Source: Gammaproteobacteria bacterium (GTDB lineage: Bacteria > Pseudomonadota > Gammaproteobacteria > JBIOEC01). Taken from it: a DNA stretch of 32,000 nucleotides. Below, piece by piece: positions 19,781-27,949 of this stretch. The stretch is taken from assembly GCA_965279305.1 (NCBI GenBank), contig OZ257143.1:240001-272000 (forward strand), written 5' to 3'. Every line of letters starts with the position of its first letter. Within the stretch, counting starts at the first letter, position 1. The translations under genes and the position numbers were made by a program. The notes beneath the pieces were generated by a model. The model ran no database searches. It had not been told where the DNA came from and saw only the letters and a list, made by a program, of their open reading frames with translations.

Positions 19781-19833
19781 CTATAAGAGCCAGTTATTGT
19801 ACCATAAGGTACTTTAATTGGCTAGCTTTTAAA

Positions 19834-21723
19834 CTAGGTAGGCGAAGGAGAAAGCGAAGCGTAACCAAAGCAATTTGCCCATGTTCTTGCAGGTTCAGGT
19901 GCTGTCTCAGCATCGTGTCCTGCGGTATTAATCGAAAAATTGCCTAATAAAGGGGTTCCTTCTGATGCATGGATAGGTCCTTGGTATGTGGAATAAAATT
20001 TCGTTTTGCTGATCCAGCCCGGCAAAAGTACAGTTGCACCCAACGCAAATCCCAAATTTAAACCTGCTGAAACGCCAACAACTCCCATTTCTGTATGATG
20101 CCCCAATCCATAAGCTAAACCTACTCCTATCCAAAGACTGGCAATAGATAATGCGCTAGGGATCATAGGGTTTTGAATAGAAACCCCCGTTATATCTTCT
20201 TTCGCGGCTTTTTTTCCCTGTTCAACTGCAGATATCACTCTTCGTTGATAAAGCTCTGCGTTACGAAAAGCATCACAAATAATACCTGCCGCTGTAATAC
20301 GTACTACCACTCTCGCTATTTCCATTATTTCCGGGCTCGTTTCAGCACCAACAATAAGGAAAGCTAAAAAATCAGGATAAATGGCGGATAAAAGACATAG
20401 AGGAACAATAACAGCAACCGTAGAAAGCGCTCCAGACTGCGCCGAAATATAGGTATTATAATATTGATTAACACCCAAATACCCAGCCATTTTTTGAATG
20501 GAAGCAAAAACATAACCTAATATGGGAATCAAAGCTAAAAAGGTAAGTTGTGCGCCATAAGCATAGGCGGCTAAAGCAACATCACCTAAGCTGCCAGCAA
20601 ATGCATTGGCAACTAAAATGGCAAGCACCTCTGCGCCATTAGTCACTACCACAGGCAAACCCTCTTTCAGAAAACCTATTGTTTGTTTTACGTCTTTTGC
20701 ACTCGCTGTAAAATCGGTAAAGAATTTAAAATCTCTAGCGCCTTTTCCAAACACTAAACACATCGCAAATAAAAATCCTGTAATCGCTGCTTCTATTGCA
20801 TATCCTAAACCAATGCCGGCCAATTTCATGCCTTTATTAAAACAAAGATGAATCGCTATTAAAGTGCCAACAGCAAAACCCAATAATCCAGAAAACATTG
20901 CAAGTAGTTGTTTTTGCAAACCAAATAACCCTTGCTCAAAAGCCATACGGAGTAATAAACAAGGCATTCCCCAGCTGTAGGGTTGTACTAAACTAGCTGC
21001 TGCCACCGCTGTCTCCTCGCTCTGACGAAATACGGTTTCAAATATGGCTTGTGAGTACCACAACAGCAAATAACCAATAGTGCCCTCCACTAATACGATG
21101 GGTACCATATTTTTTATTGAACTAGTAATACTCGCTCTTAACTCTTCAATTTTTCCAGATGATCCATTTTCACCTTTTAATTCAGCAAAAGTTTTAATTT
21201 CTTTTTCTGTTAAATGGCCGCCTCTAAAAAGAATTTGCCGCATGCGCTCTACATCTTCTTCAGCACTTTCTAATTGCGAAACCATACTGCGAATATTTGA
21301 ACCCACAGGAAAAAATACGGAAACTAAAATTAACGCTACTGTATTAATATAAGTGGCAGCTAAAGAAGCAGGGCCTAAATATTTTCCCTCTTCCAAACGA
21401 GATGCCATCAATGCTATAACCACTACCATAAAACTGAATGTGTAAGAAAGGAACATAGGCCAAGCAAGCTTACTGATATCTTTGCTCGCTTGCCAACGTG
21501 TAATATGAGGAGCTTGCTCAGGAACAGGAGCCAAAGGCATAGTCACAGCGGTATGAGAGTGTTCGGAAGTGGCCGCTAATAAATCTACCCGAGAATTATT
21601 TCTAGTACCTGGATCAGAGCTACTTTGGGGTACGCCACCCCATCGGTGTAATGTTTTCATACTTGACGCATCCCCTTGATTATCAGGCACATCACCTGTT
21701 GAGCTGCTTCTGCTGCTTCTCAT
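19834..21723 (-). CDS. divergent MATE-like multi-pass membrane protein with hydrophilic insertions
   Basis: 629 aa with a GGAG SD 8 nt upstream. MATE-like motifs include KLAWPMFLSYTF...LGPASLAA in the first half and FLKEGLPVVVTNGAEVLAILVANAFAGSLGDVALAAYAYGAQ in the second half. It also has a 75-aa hydrophilic N-terminal extension, a charged loop (aa ~150-200) and a Pro-rich tail. Confidence 0.65.
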   Translation of the reverse strand: MRSSRSSSTGDVPDNQGDASSMKTLHRWGGVPQSSSDPGTRNNSRVDLLAATSEHSHTAVTMPLAPVPEQAPHITRWQASKDISKLAWPMFLSYTFSFMVVVIALMASRLEEGKYLGPASLAATYINTVALILVSVFFPVGSNIRSMVSQLESAEEDVERMRQILFRGGHLTEKEIKTFAELKGENGSSGKIEELRASITSSIKNMVPIVLVEGTIGYLLLWYSQAIFETVFRQSEETAVAAASLVQPYSWGMPCLLLRMAFEQGLFGLQKQLLAMFSGLLGFAVGTLIAIHLCFNKGMKLAGIGLGYAIEAAITGFLFAMCLVFGKGARDFKFFTDFTASAKDVKQTIGFLKEGLPVVVTNGAEVLAILVANAFAGSLGDVALAAYAYGAQLTFLALIPILGYVFASIQKMAGYLGVNQYYNTYISAQSGALSTVAVIVPLCLLSAIYPDFLAFLIVGAETSPEIMEIARVVVRITAAGIICDAFRNAELYQRRVISAVEQGKKAAKEDITGVSIQNPMIPSALSIASLWIGVGLAYGLGHHTEMGVVGVSAGLNLGFALGATVLLPGWISKTKFYSTYQGPIHASEGTPLLGNFSINTAGHDAETAPEPARTWANCFGYASLSPSPT

Positions 21724-22078
21724 ACCCTGTCTCCAAAGTGTTTTGTATCAAAGAAGCACATTTTGACAGTATGCGAGCTTTTTTTAAACAACCTTGGTGT
21801 TTTGTTCTCAAAAACAATTAATATAAAGTCAAAATAATATCAAATTATAAAATAAAATCAAGAGGTAGGTGACCATTTGTTAGACAAAATCCGTATTTAC
21901 CCCACCAATAGTTTACATATTGGAAATATGTGTTAAAGTTATATGCGTAGTATAAGTATTAGTATAAGTAAATTATGTGAAGTACTTACTGTCCAAGGAA
22001 CTGGACGCCCAATAGATAGCCTGCCCCTTGAGAATCTGCCAAGACTTCTCAAAGCAAGGCACCTTTAAGGAGACTGCA

Positions 22079-22288
22079 ATGGAATGTTTATCTTCAACTC
22101 GCCGTAAGCCTATGAATATGGGCAAAACCGCCATTAATACCTCGTTGTTTTCACCCCAAGAAGAAATTTTAAGCAGCTTGCTGCATCGTCTTGCGGAATT
22201 GGAACAGCGCGTGATGTTACAGCGCTATGAAATGCACGTGCTTGAAGCAGAAATGGAAGTGCTACGCTGTGATTCTCTTATCGGCTAA
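22079..22288 (+). CDS. 69-aa hypothetical coiled-coil protein
   Basis: I prefer the ATG at 22079 (AAGGAG SD ending 6 nt upstream) over the TTG at 22028. The heptad-like C-terminal half is LLHRLAELEQRVMLQRYEMHVLEAEMEVLR. No family could be assigned; any resemblance to SlyX-type small coiled coils is weak. Confidence 0.5.
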   Translation: MECLSSTRRKPMNMGKTAINTSLFSPQEEILSSLLHRLAELEQRVMLQRYEMHVLEAEMEVLRCDSLIG

Positions 22289-22313
22289 TTAGCCGTATCA
22301 AAGCCGGTAAAGT

Positions 22314-23843
22314 TTATCTTTTCCGGCTTCTGGTTTGATTTCCTTTGGTTTTACCACCCTTAGCTTGATACCCTTTAGGTTTCCCCACTTTAACTCTACT
22401 TACTTTAGGTTTTCCTACTTTAGGTTTACTCTGTTTGGTTTTATTTTGCTGAGTTTTACTTCTTTCGGCTTTCCATTGTTTGGTTTTATTTTCTTTGGGT
22501 TTCTTTTCATTAGCGTCTTTATCTTCATAAGGATTTTCGCTACTTTTAAAGATAATATGAATCGGCGTTCCAACCAACTTTAATTGATCACGAAATTCAT
22601 TTACCAAATAACGTTCATATTGTTTGCTGACAGATTTTGTTTGGTTTCCATGAATAACCACTCGCGGCGGCATCACGCCACCCATATGCGCATATTTTAA
22701 TTTAACGCGATGACCTTTTACGATAGGCGGTTGATGATCTTTAACGGCTTTTTCTAAAATTCGAGTAAGCACAGCAGTAGAATGTGTTTTTGTCATTGAC
22801 TGATACACACGTGAAATCGATTTCCACAGTTTTCCTACATTGGTTCCGTGTTTAGCCGAAATCATTTCGGTTTCAGCAAAATCTACAAAGGTTAAACGTC
22901 TGTCGATTTGAGCTTTTACTTGATTGCGCTGATAATCGGTTAATCCATCCCATTTATTAATGGTAACAATTAAACCGCGCCCTGCATCTAAAACAAAGCG
23001 TAATAAATGCATATCTTGATCGGTTACACCTTCTTGCGCATCAAACACAAAAATCACCACATCGGCTGCTGCAATCGCTTGTAAACTTTTTACTACCGAA
23101 AATTTTTCTATGACTTCTTTAATATTATGCTTGCGGCGCACACCGGCTGTATCAATTAAGGTATAAGCCTGATCGCGGCGTTGGAATGGAATAAAAATAC
23201 TATCACGTGTAGTACCAGGCTGATCGAAAACGACTACGCGCTCTTCGCCTAATAAACGATTAATTAACGTAGATTTTCCTACATTCGGACGTCCTACTAC
23301 AGCAACTTGAATACCTCTTTCAGCAGAAGTTCTGTTTTCTTCTTCTGGCATTTCAGGTAATAGAGCATACGCTTGCTCCATTAATTCGGTAATTCCTTTA
23401 TTTTGTACAGCTGCAATAGAGGCTTTATTGGGCCAACCTAATTTAAAAAATTCGTTAAAAGCTTGATCGCTAGTAAGACCATCAGATTTGTTTACTACTA
23501 AAATGACTGGCTTTTTAATACGGCGTAAATGTTCAGCGAGTTGATAATCAGCAGGCATTAATCCCGTTTTCGCATCAACTAACCACAATATCACATGCGC
23601 TTCTTCAATGGCTTGCCATGATTGTTGCATGGTAAGTTTATCCATGCCTTCTTCTTCGAGTGTGATCCCACCGGTATCAATAGCTAAAAAGGGCTTACCA
23701 TTAAATTCACCTTGGCCATAAATTCGATCGCGCGTAATTCCCGGTTGATCAAAAACCAAAGCAGAGCGACTACGCGTAAGCGCATTAAAAAGTGTAGATT
23801 TGCCCACATTGGGGCGACCAACGAGTGCGAAAACAGGTATCAT
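22314..23843 (-). CDS. der: ribosome-associated GTPase Der (EngA) with an extended Lys-rich C-terminal tail
   Basis: 509 aa with two tandem GTPase domains (GRPNVGKST twice, DTGG/DTAG, NKSD/NKWD) and a KH-like domain. An approximately 70-aa K-rich tail follows. Confidence 0.95.
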   Translation of the reverse strand: MIPVFALVGRPNVGKSTLFNALTRSRSALVFDQPGITRDRIYGQGEFNGKPFLAIDTGGITLEEEGMDKLTMQQSWQAIEEAHVILWLVDAKTGLMPADYQLAEHLRRIKKPVILVVNKSDGLTSDQAFNEFFKLGWPNKASIAAVQNKGITELMEQAYALLPEMPEEENRTSAERGIQVAVVGRPNVGKSTLINRLLGEERVVVFDQPGTTRDSIFIPFQRRDQAYTLIDTAGVRRKHNIKEVIEKFSVVKSLQAIAAADVVIFVFDAQEGVTDQDMHLLRFVLDAGRGLIVTINKWDGLTDYQRNQVKAQIDRRLTFVDFAETEMISAKHGTNVGKLWKSISRVYQSMTKTHSTAVLTRILEKAVKDHQPPIVKGHRVKLKYAHMGGVMPPRVVIHGNQTKSVSKQYERYLVNEFRDQLKLVGTPIHIIFKSSENPYEDKDANEKKPKENKTKQWKAERSKTQQNKTKQSKPKVGKPKVSRVKVGKPKGYQAKGGKTKGNQTRSRKR

Positions 23844-23851
23844 AATTATTC

Positions 23852-23973
23852 AGGACAACCACAAACGTGCGATACGTCGTTAAAGGCACTGCGAAAATTG
23901 CTCACATACTAACTTGTATGCTCCGCCTTTTCGCAGTGCCTTTGCCTAGTCTCGCATCGTTTGTGGCTGTCCT
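23852..23973. other. 122-nt compound inverted repeat (long hairpin) filling the bamB-der intergenic spacer
   Basis: The outer arms are 23852-23872 and 23952-23973: 20 bp paired, with one mismatch and one bulge. The inner arms are 23882-23897 and 23928-23943: 16 bp, perfect (AAAGGCACTGCGAAAA / TTTTCGCAGTGCCTTT). The 30-nt loop contains a further CATAC/GTATG stem. Confidence 0.6.
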
Positions 23974-23978
23974 CTCCT

Positions 23979-25169
23979 TTAATTTAGTGTGTATACGTGG
24001 AGTTTGCCACTATTAGTAAGTACATATAATGCTTCCTTGCCCTGCATAGATATGACAACAGGTGGCACTACCATGCCATCCCCACCTACTTCTATACGCC
24101 CTACAAATGATCCATCTTTTAGCGATAAAATATGCAAATAGCCTTCTTTATCGCCTACTACAACATAATCTTCCCAAAATATGGGTAAGGTTAAATCTCT
24201 ATACATTAAATTTTCTTGTTTCCATATGGTGGCGCCATCATTGATGGAAAGCAAATACACCACATCATCAGAATCGCTCACAGTTAAATATTTTTTATTA
24301 GCACTTACACCGCTATAAGAAGACATTTCTTTTTCCCAGCGAGGGATCCCGGTGGATAATGCCAATGCGGCAATTTCACCTTGATAAGACACTACATACA
24401 ACGTGCTATCTTCTATTGCCATATCGCCGCTAATATCAACCATACGTTGCAATTCAGAACGTCCACGAGAAGCACTAACCACATGTTCCCACAAACGAGA
24501 ACCATCTTTAGTATTCAATGCTAATACGCGTCCGTTATTTAATCCTACATACACTACTTGATCGCCCATGATTAACGGAGCGCTATTGCCACGCAATACT
24601 AAAGCGGGCATAGTATTATTTACTTTCCAATCTATTTTTCCAGTGTTCGCATCTAAACCATACACGGTATTGTTTGCCGCATAAGCCACTACATGTTTTC
24701 CTGATCCTTTAGGTGCGGCTAAAACTTCGCTTTCTAATTGCGCCTGCCATACTTCTTCACCGGTTTCTTGATCATATGCAATCACTTCACCATCAGCGGT
24801 ACCCAATAATACTAAAGTATTATTCAATACACCCAAGCCGCCTGTTACACGTTTTTCTGTTTTGGTTTCCCATAATTTTTTGCCAGTGTTTTTATTAAAA
24901 GCAAATAAACGCCCTTCAATATCCACTACAAACAAATGATTTCCCGCATGAGCGGGTGCTAAACGAAGATAAAGTTCATCATTTCCTTTACCTGCACTTT
25001 TGCTCCATTCTTTTTCTACTTCCATTTTAGGTTCAAATTCAACCAAAGGTGTTGGCGGTTGAGAAATATCATCACTACCAAATAAATCTGATATCGGTTC
25101 TAAATAAGAACATCCTACTAAAAAGGTACTTCCAACCAATACTACCGTCGCACGTAAAAACTGATTCAT
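23979..25169 (-). CDS. bamB: outer membrane protein assembly factor BamB
   Basis: 396 aa with a lipobox (FLVG/CS). It has repeated PQQ-like beta-propeller blades (G.l.A.d..tGk..W). It occupies the synteny position between yfgM and der. Confidence 0.9.
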   Translation of the reverse strand: MNQFLRATVVLVGSTFLVGCSYLEPISDLFGSDDISQPPTPLVEFEPKMEVEKEWSKSAGKGNDELYLRLAPAHAGNHLFVVDIEGRLFAFNKNTGKKLWETKTEKRVTGGLGVLNNTLVLLGTADGEVIAYDQETGEEVWQAQLESEVLAAPKGSGKHVVAYAANNTVYGLDANTGKIDWKVNNTMPALVLRGNSAPLIMGDQVVYVGLNNGRVLALNTKDGSRLWEHVVSASRGRSELQRMVDISGDMAIEDSTLYVVSYQGEIAALALSTGIPRWEKEMSSYSGVSANKKYLTVSDSDDVVYLLSINDGATIWKQENLMYRDLTLPIFWEDYVVVGDKEGYLHILSLKDGSFVGRIEVGGDGMVVPPVVISMQGKEALYVLTNSGKLHVYTLN

Positions 25170-25172
25170 GAC

Positions 25173-25808
25173 TTATTCTCCTGGCACATCAGCTAACATC
25201 ATCGCAACAAGTTGTCGTTGCGGACTAAAAGAAGGAAGCGCGTCCCATGCTTCTTTATAAGCAGTTCTCGCATTAGCATTATCATTTAAGGCTTGATATG
25301 CATTTCCTTTTACAATATATATTTCAGCATTTCCAGTATTCGATTGCGCCGCCAATAAATCTAGGGCTTCTTGCGCTTTACCTTGAGCTAAATAAATTCT
25401 GGCTAAACGCACACTCACTAACTGATGAAAAAAAGCATCATCAGCGATCACTTGTGCTTGTTGTAAGCTAGAAGCAGCGGCATCCCATTTGCTCTGTTGA
25501 ACATACATTTCTGCTTCTATTAATTTTTCCACATATCCGTAAGGCATTGGCAGTTGTACATATTTTTCAGACTCCACTAAACCCTGAGCCGTTTGTGCAT
25601 CATTATTCAATAAAGCATCTACTAACATTTGATATTCATAACCTGCGCTAGCACGCGCATTTTCACTGCGGGTGTGCCACATAGACCATCCGAAATAAAA
25701 AATAATGCCGGACACTATGCCAATGACAATATAAACACCATATTTTTTAAACCATTCTTTTAGCGCTATAATCTGCTCTTCTTCCGTTAACATATCTGTC
25801 ATAATCAA
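25173..25808 (-). CDS. yfgM: YfgM-family membrane-anchored TPR-like protein (ancillary SecYEG-associated)
   Basis: 211 aa. An N-terminal EEQIIALKEWFKKYG motif is followed by one TM helix and a TPR-like C-terminal domain. An ATGA overlap with the hisS stop suggests translational coupling, and the synteny position fits. Confidence 0.8.
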   Translation of the reverse strand: MIMTDMLTEEEQIIALKEWFKKYGVYIVIGIVSGIIFYFGWSMWHTRSENARASAGYEYQMLVDALLNNDAQTAQGLVESEKYVQLPMPYGYVEKLIEAEMYVQQSKWDAAASSLQQAQVIADDAFFHQLVSVRLARIYLAQGKAQEALDLLAAQSNTGNAEIYIVKGNAYQALNDNANARTAYKEAWDALPSFSPQRQLVAMMLADVPGE

Positions 25809-27076
25809 TTCCCTTGTGTCAATATTTTGATTAATTCTTGATAAGAGACTCGTTTTTGCTCCGCCTCTTCGCGCAATGATTTAACACTAATAAAATTATC
25901 CGCTATTTCTTGCTCACCTAATACTAATGCAAGCAATGCCGCACTTTTATCGGCTTTTTTAAATTGGCTTTTTAAACTTGCACCGCTATTGTCGGTAATC
26001 AAGCTAATACCCGGAATATCATTACGCAAACGTTCCGATAATTCCATGGCTTTATCTAAATAAAGTTTATCTGCAATGATATAAGCCGTAGGCGCTTCTG
26101 GTTCGCATTTTTGCATACTGCTAACCAATGTAATTAAACGTTCCATACCTAATGCAAAACCAATTGCCGGAGTGGGTTTGCCGCCTAATTGCTCCACTAA
26201 ACCATCATATCGGCCGCCTGAACATACCGCATCTTGTGCGCCTAATCGATCGGTTACCCATTCAAATACGGTATGGGTGTAATAATCTAAACCTCTCACC
26301 AAACGAGGATTCACTACATAACGAACGCCTAGTTGATCTAATAATTTTTTTACATCATTAAAATGTTGTTTTGATTCAGGATCTAATTGGTCAAGTAATT
26401 GAGGCGCGTTGGCAATCAATTCGCGTGTTTTAGGATTTTTGCTATCTAAAATACGTAAAGGGTTATGCTCTAAACGACGTTGGCTATCTTCATCTAATTG
26501 ATCATACAACGGTGTTAAAAAACGGATGAGTTCATCGCGATATTCTTGCCGAATTAAAGGTGTGCCTAAAGAATTAATATGTAATGTGACTACATCGCTT
26601 ATACCTAATCGCTTCCATAAACGCGCCGCTAACATAATAATTTCCACATCACTTTCAGGTGTGGATAAACCAAATATTTCAGCGCCTAATTGATGAAACT
26701 GACGATAACGACCTTGCTGTGGTCTTTCATGTCTAAACATCTGCCCCATATACCACAAACGCTGCGGCATTTGATGCAATAATCCTTGCTCTACAACGGC
26801 ACGCACACAACCTGCCGTACCTTCAGGACGCAATGTTAAACTATCACCATTTCTGTCGATGAAGGTATACATTTCCTTTTCGACGATATCGGTGGCATCA
26901 CCTAAGCTGCGCTTGAATAAAGCGGTTGATTCTACAACGGGGAAGCGAATTTCATGGTAGCCGTATTCATACATAACACTGCGCAGCACATTCTCAACCG
27001 CCTGCCAATACGTAATGGCCGGCATTGCTATATCATTCATGCCACGTAATGCTTGAACAGCAGACAACTTAGCCAC
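25805..27076 (-). CDS. hisS: histidine--tRNA ligase
   Basis: 423 aa with class II aaRS/HisRS motifs: RGMNDI, LRPEGTA, FRHERPQ.GRYRQFHQ, GGRYDGL and GFA.G.ERL. Confidence 0.97.
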   Translation of the reverse strand: MAKLSAVQALRGMNDIAMPAITYWQAVENVLRSVMYEYGYHEIRFPVVESTALFKRSLGDATDIVEKEMYTFIDRNGDSLTLRPEGTAGCVRAVVEQGLLHQMPQRLWYMGQMFRHERPQQGRYRQFHQLGAEIFGLSTPESDVEIIMLAARLWKRLGISDVVTLHINSLGTPLIRQEYRDELIRFLTPLYDQLDEDSQRRLEHNPLRILDSKNPKTRELIANAPQLLDQLDPESKQHFNDVKKLLDQLGVRYVVNPRLVRGLDYYTHTVFEWVTDRLGAQDAVCSGGRYDGLVEQLGGKPTPAIGFALGMERLITLVSSMQKCEPEAPTAYIIADKLYLDKAMELSERLRNDIPGISLITDNSGASLKSQFKKADKSAALLALVLGEQEIADNFISVKSLREEAEQKRVSYQELIKILTQGN

Positions 27077-27081
27077 AACGA

Positions 27082-27864
27082 TTACTCCCGATTATCAGTT
27101 GATGACTGCTCATTGTCCGCTTCAGAAGTAGCAACAGCTGGCTCATCAGAAGTGGTGCTGGTAGTAGATCTCGCTACGGCTGCATTAGCGTTAGCAGAGG
27201 TATCCGTAGTTGCCATCACATTATCAGCAGCTGGAGTGCTCATATTTTCATTTGAAATAACCGGTGCGCTGCCTTGTGCACTACTTATGCCTGTATTAAA
27301 ACCTGAGGTTTTTGGCGTAGAAGAATGCATTAAAGAAGTGCGTTTATCGGCTCCGTCAACATTGTTTAATAGTTTTACCAAATCTTGTGATACGGGTTCT
27401 GGTGTACGAGGCTGCATCAACCACCATCCACTAAAACCGATTACTATCAACGCCAATAAGCCAGCTATGCCGTAAGTGGCCAAACGCACATAGTTTTCTT
27501 CTACGCGCCAAGTGGTCATAGGCACTTTGGGTAAGACAAATTCGCCTTTGTGCTCTTTAAGATTCAGTTGTTCAAATGCTTTCAATACTACTTCAGGTGG
27601 AACATGCACCAGACGAGCATAAGCGCGCAAATACCCTTTAATAAAAGTAAATGCTAAACGCGAATTGTAATTATCCGCTTCAATATCCATTACCATGTTC
27701 TTGGTTAAACGCAAACGGTTTGCCACTTCATCAATGGTCATACGGCGCGCTTCTCTGGCGGTCTTTAAATGAGATCCTGGCCCTAAACGTGAAATGGGAT
27801 CAGACGCGGGCACGGCTTGTTCACTAATCGTCGCTTCTTGCTTCAATGTAGGAGAGACTGTCAT
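27082..27864 (-). CDS. rodZ: cytoskeleton protein RodZ (short form with a low-complexity periplasmic tail)
   Basis: 260 aa. It has an N-terminal XRE-type HTH (LKTAREARRMTIDEVANRLRLTKNMVMDIEADNY) and a single TM helix (LATYGIAGLLALIVIGFSGWWL). It sits between rlmN and hisS, with an AAGGAG SD upstream. Confidence 0.8.
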   Translation of the reverse strand: MTVSPTLKQEATISEQAVPASDPISRLGPGSHLKTAREARRMTIDEVANRLRLTKNMVMDIEADNYNSRLAFTFIKGYLRAYARLVHVPPEVVLKAFEQLNLKEHKGEFVLPKVPMTTWRVEENYVRLATYGIAGLLALIVIGFSGWWLMQPRTPEPVSQDLVKLLNNVDGADKRTSLMHSSTPKTSGFNTGISSAQGSAPVISNENMSTPAADNVMATTDTSANANAAVARSTTSTTSDEPAVATSEADNEQSSTDNRE

Positions 27865-27949
27865 ATGGAGCTCCTTAAAATGTAGGCCGTTTCATGTAGG
27901 CCTCTAAAATCTGTCAGGTCAAACTTTGTATAATATGGCACATTTTTCG

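Noticed and set aside
21818-21840. TTAATAT ... TAATAT motifs as a PmrA-type effector-regulon box; a similar look at 10360-10400 upstream of the 1138-aa gene
   Set aside because: The half-site spacing (about 16-17 nt here, 8-9 nt at 10375) does not match the one-helical-turn tandem repeat described for Legionella/Coxiella PmrA boxes. Such A/T words are also expected by chance in this AT-rich spacer.
22335-22583. 82-aa Phe-rich ORF on the plus strand
   Set aside because: It is the reverse-frame shadow of the Lys-rich (AAA/AAG) tail of der, so it is a compositional artefact.
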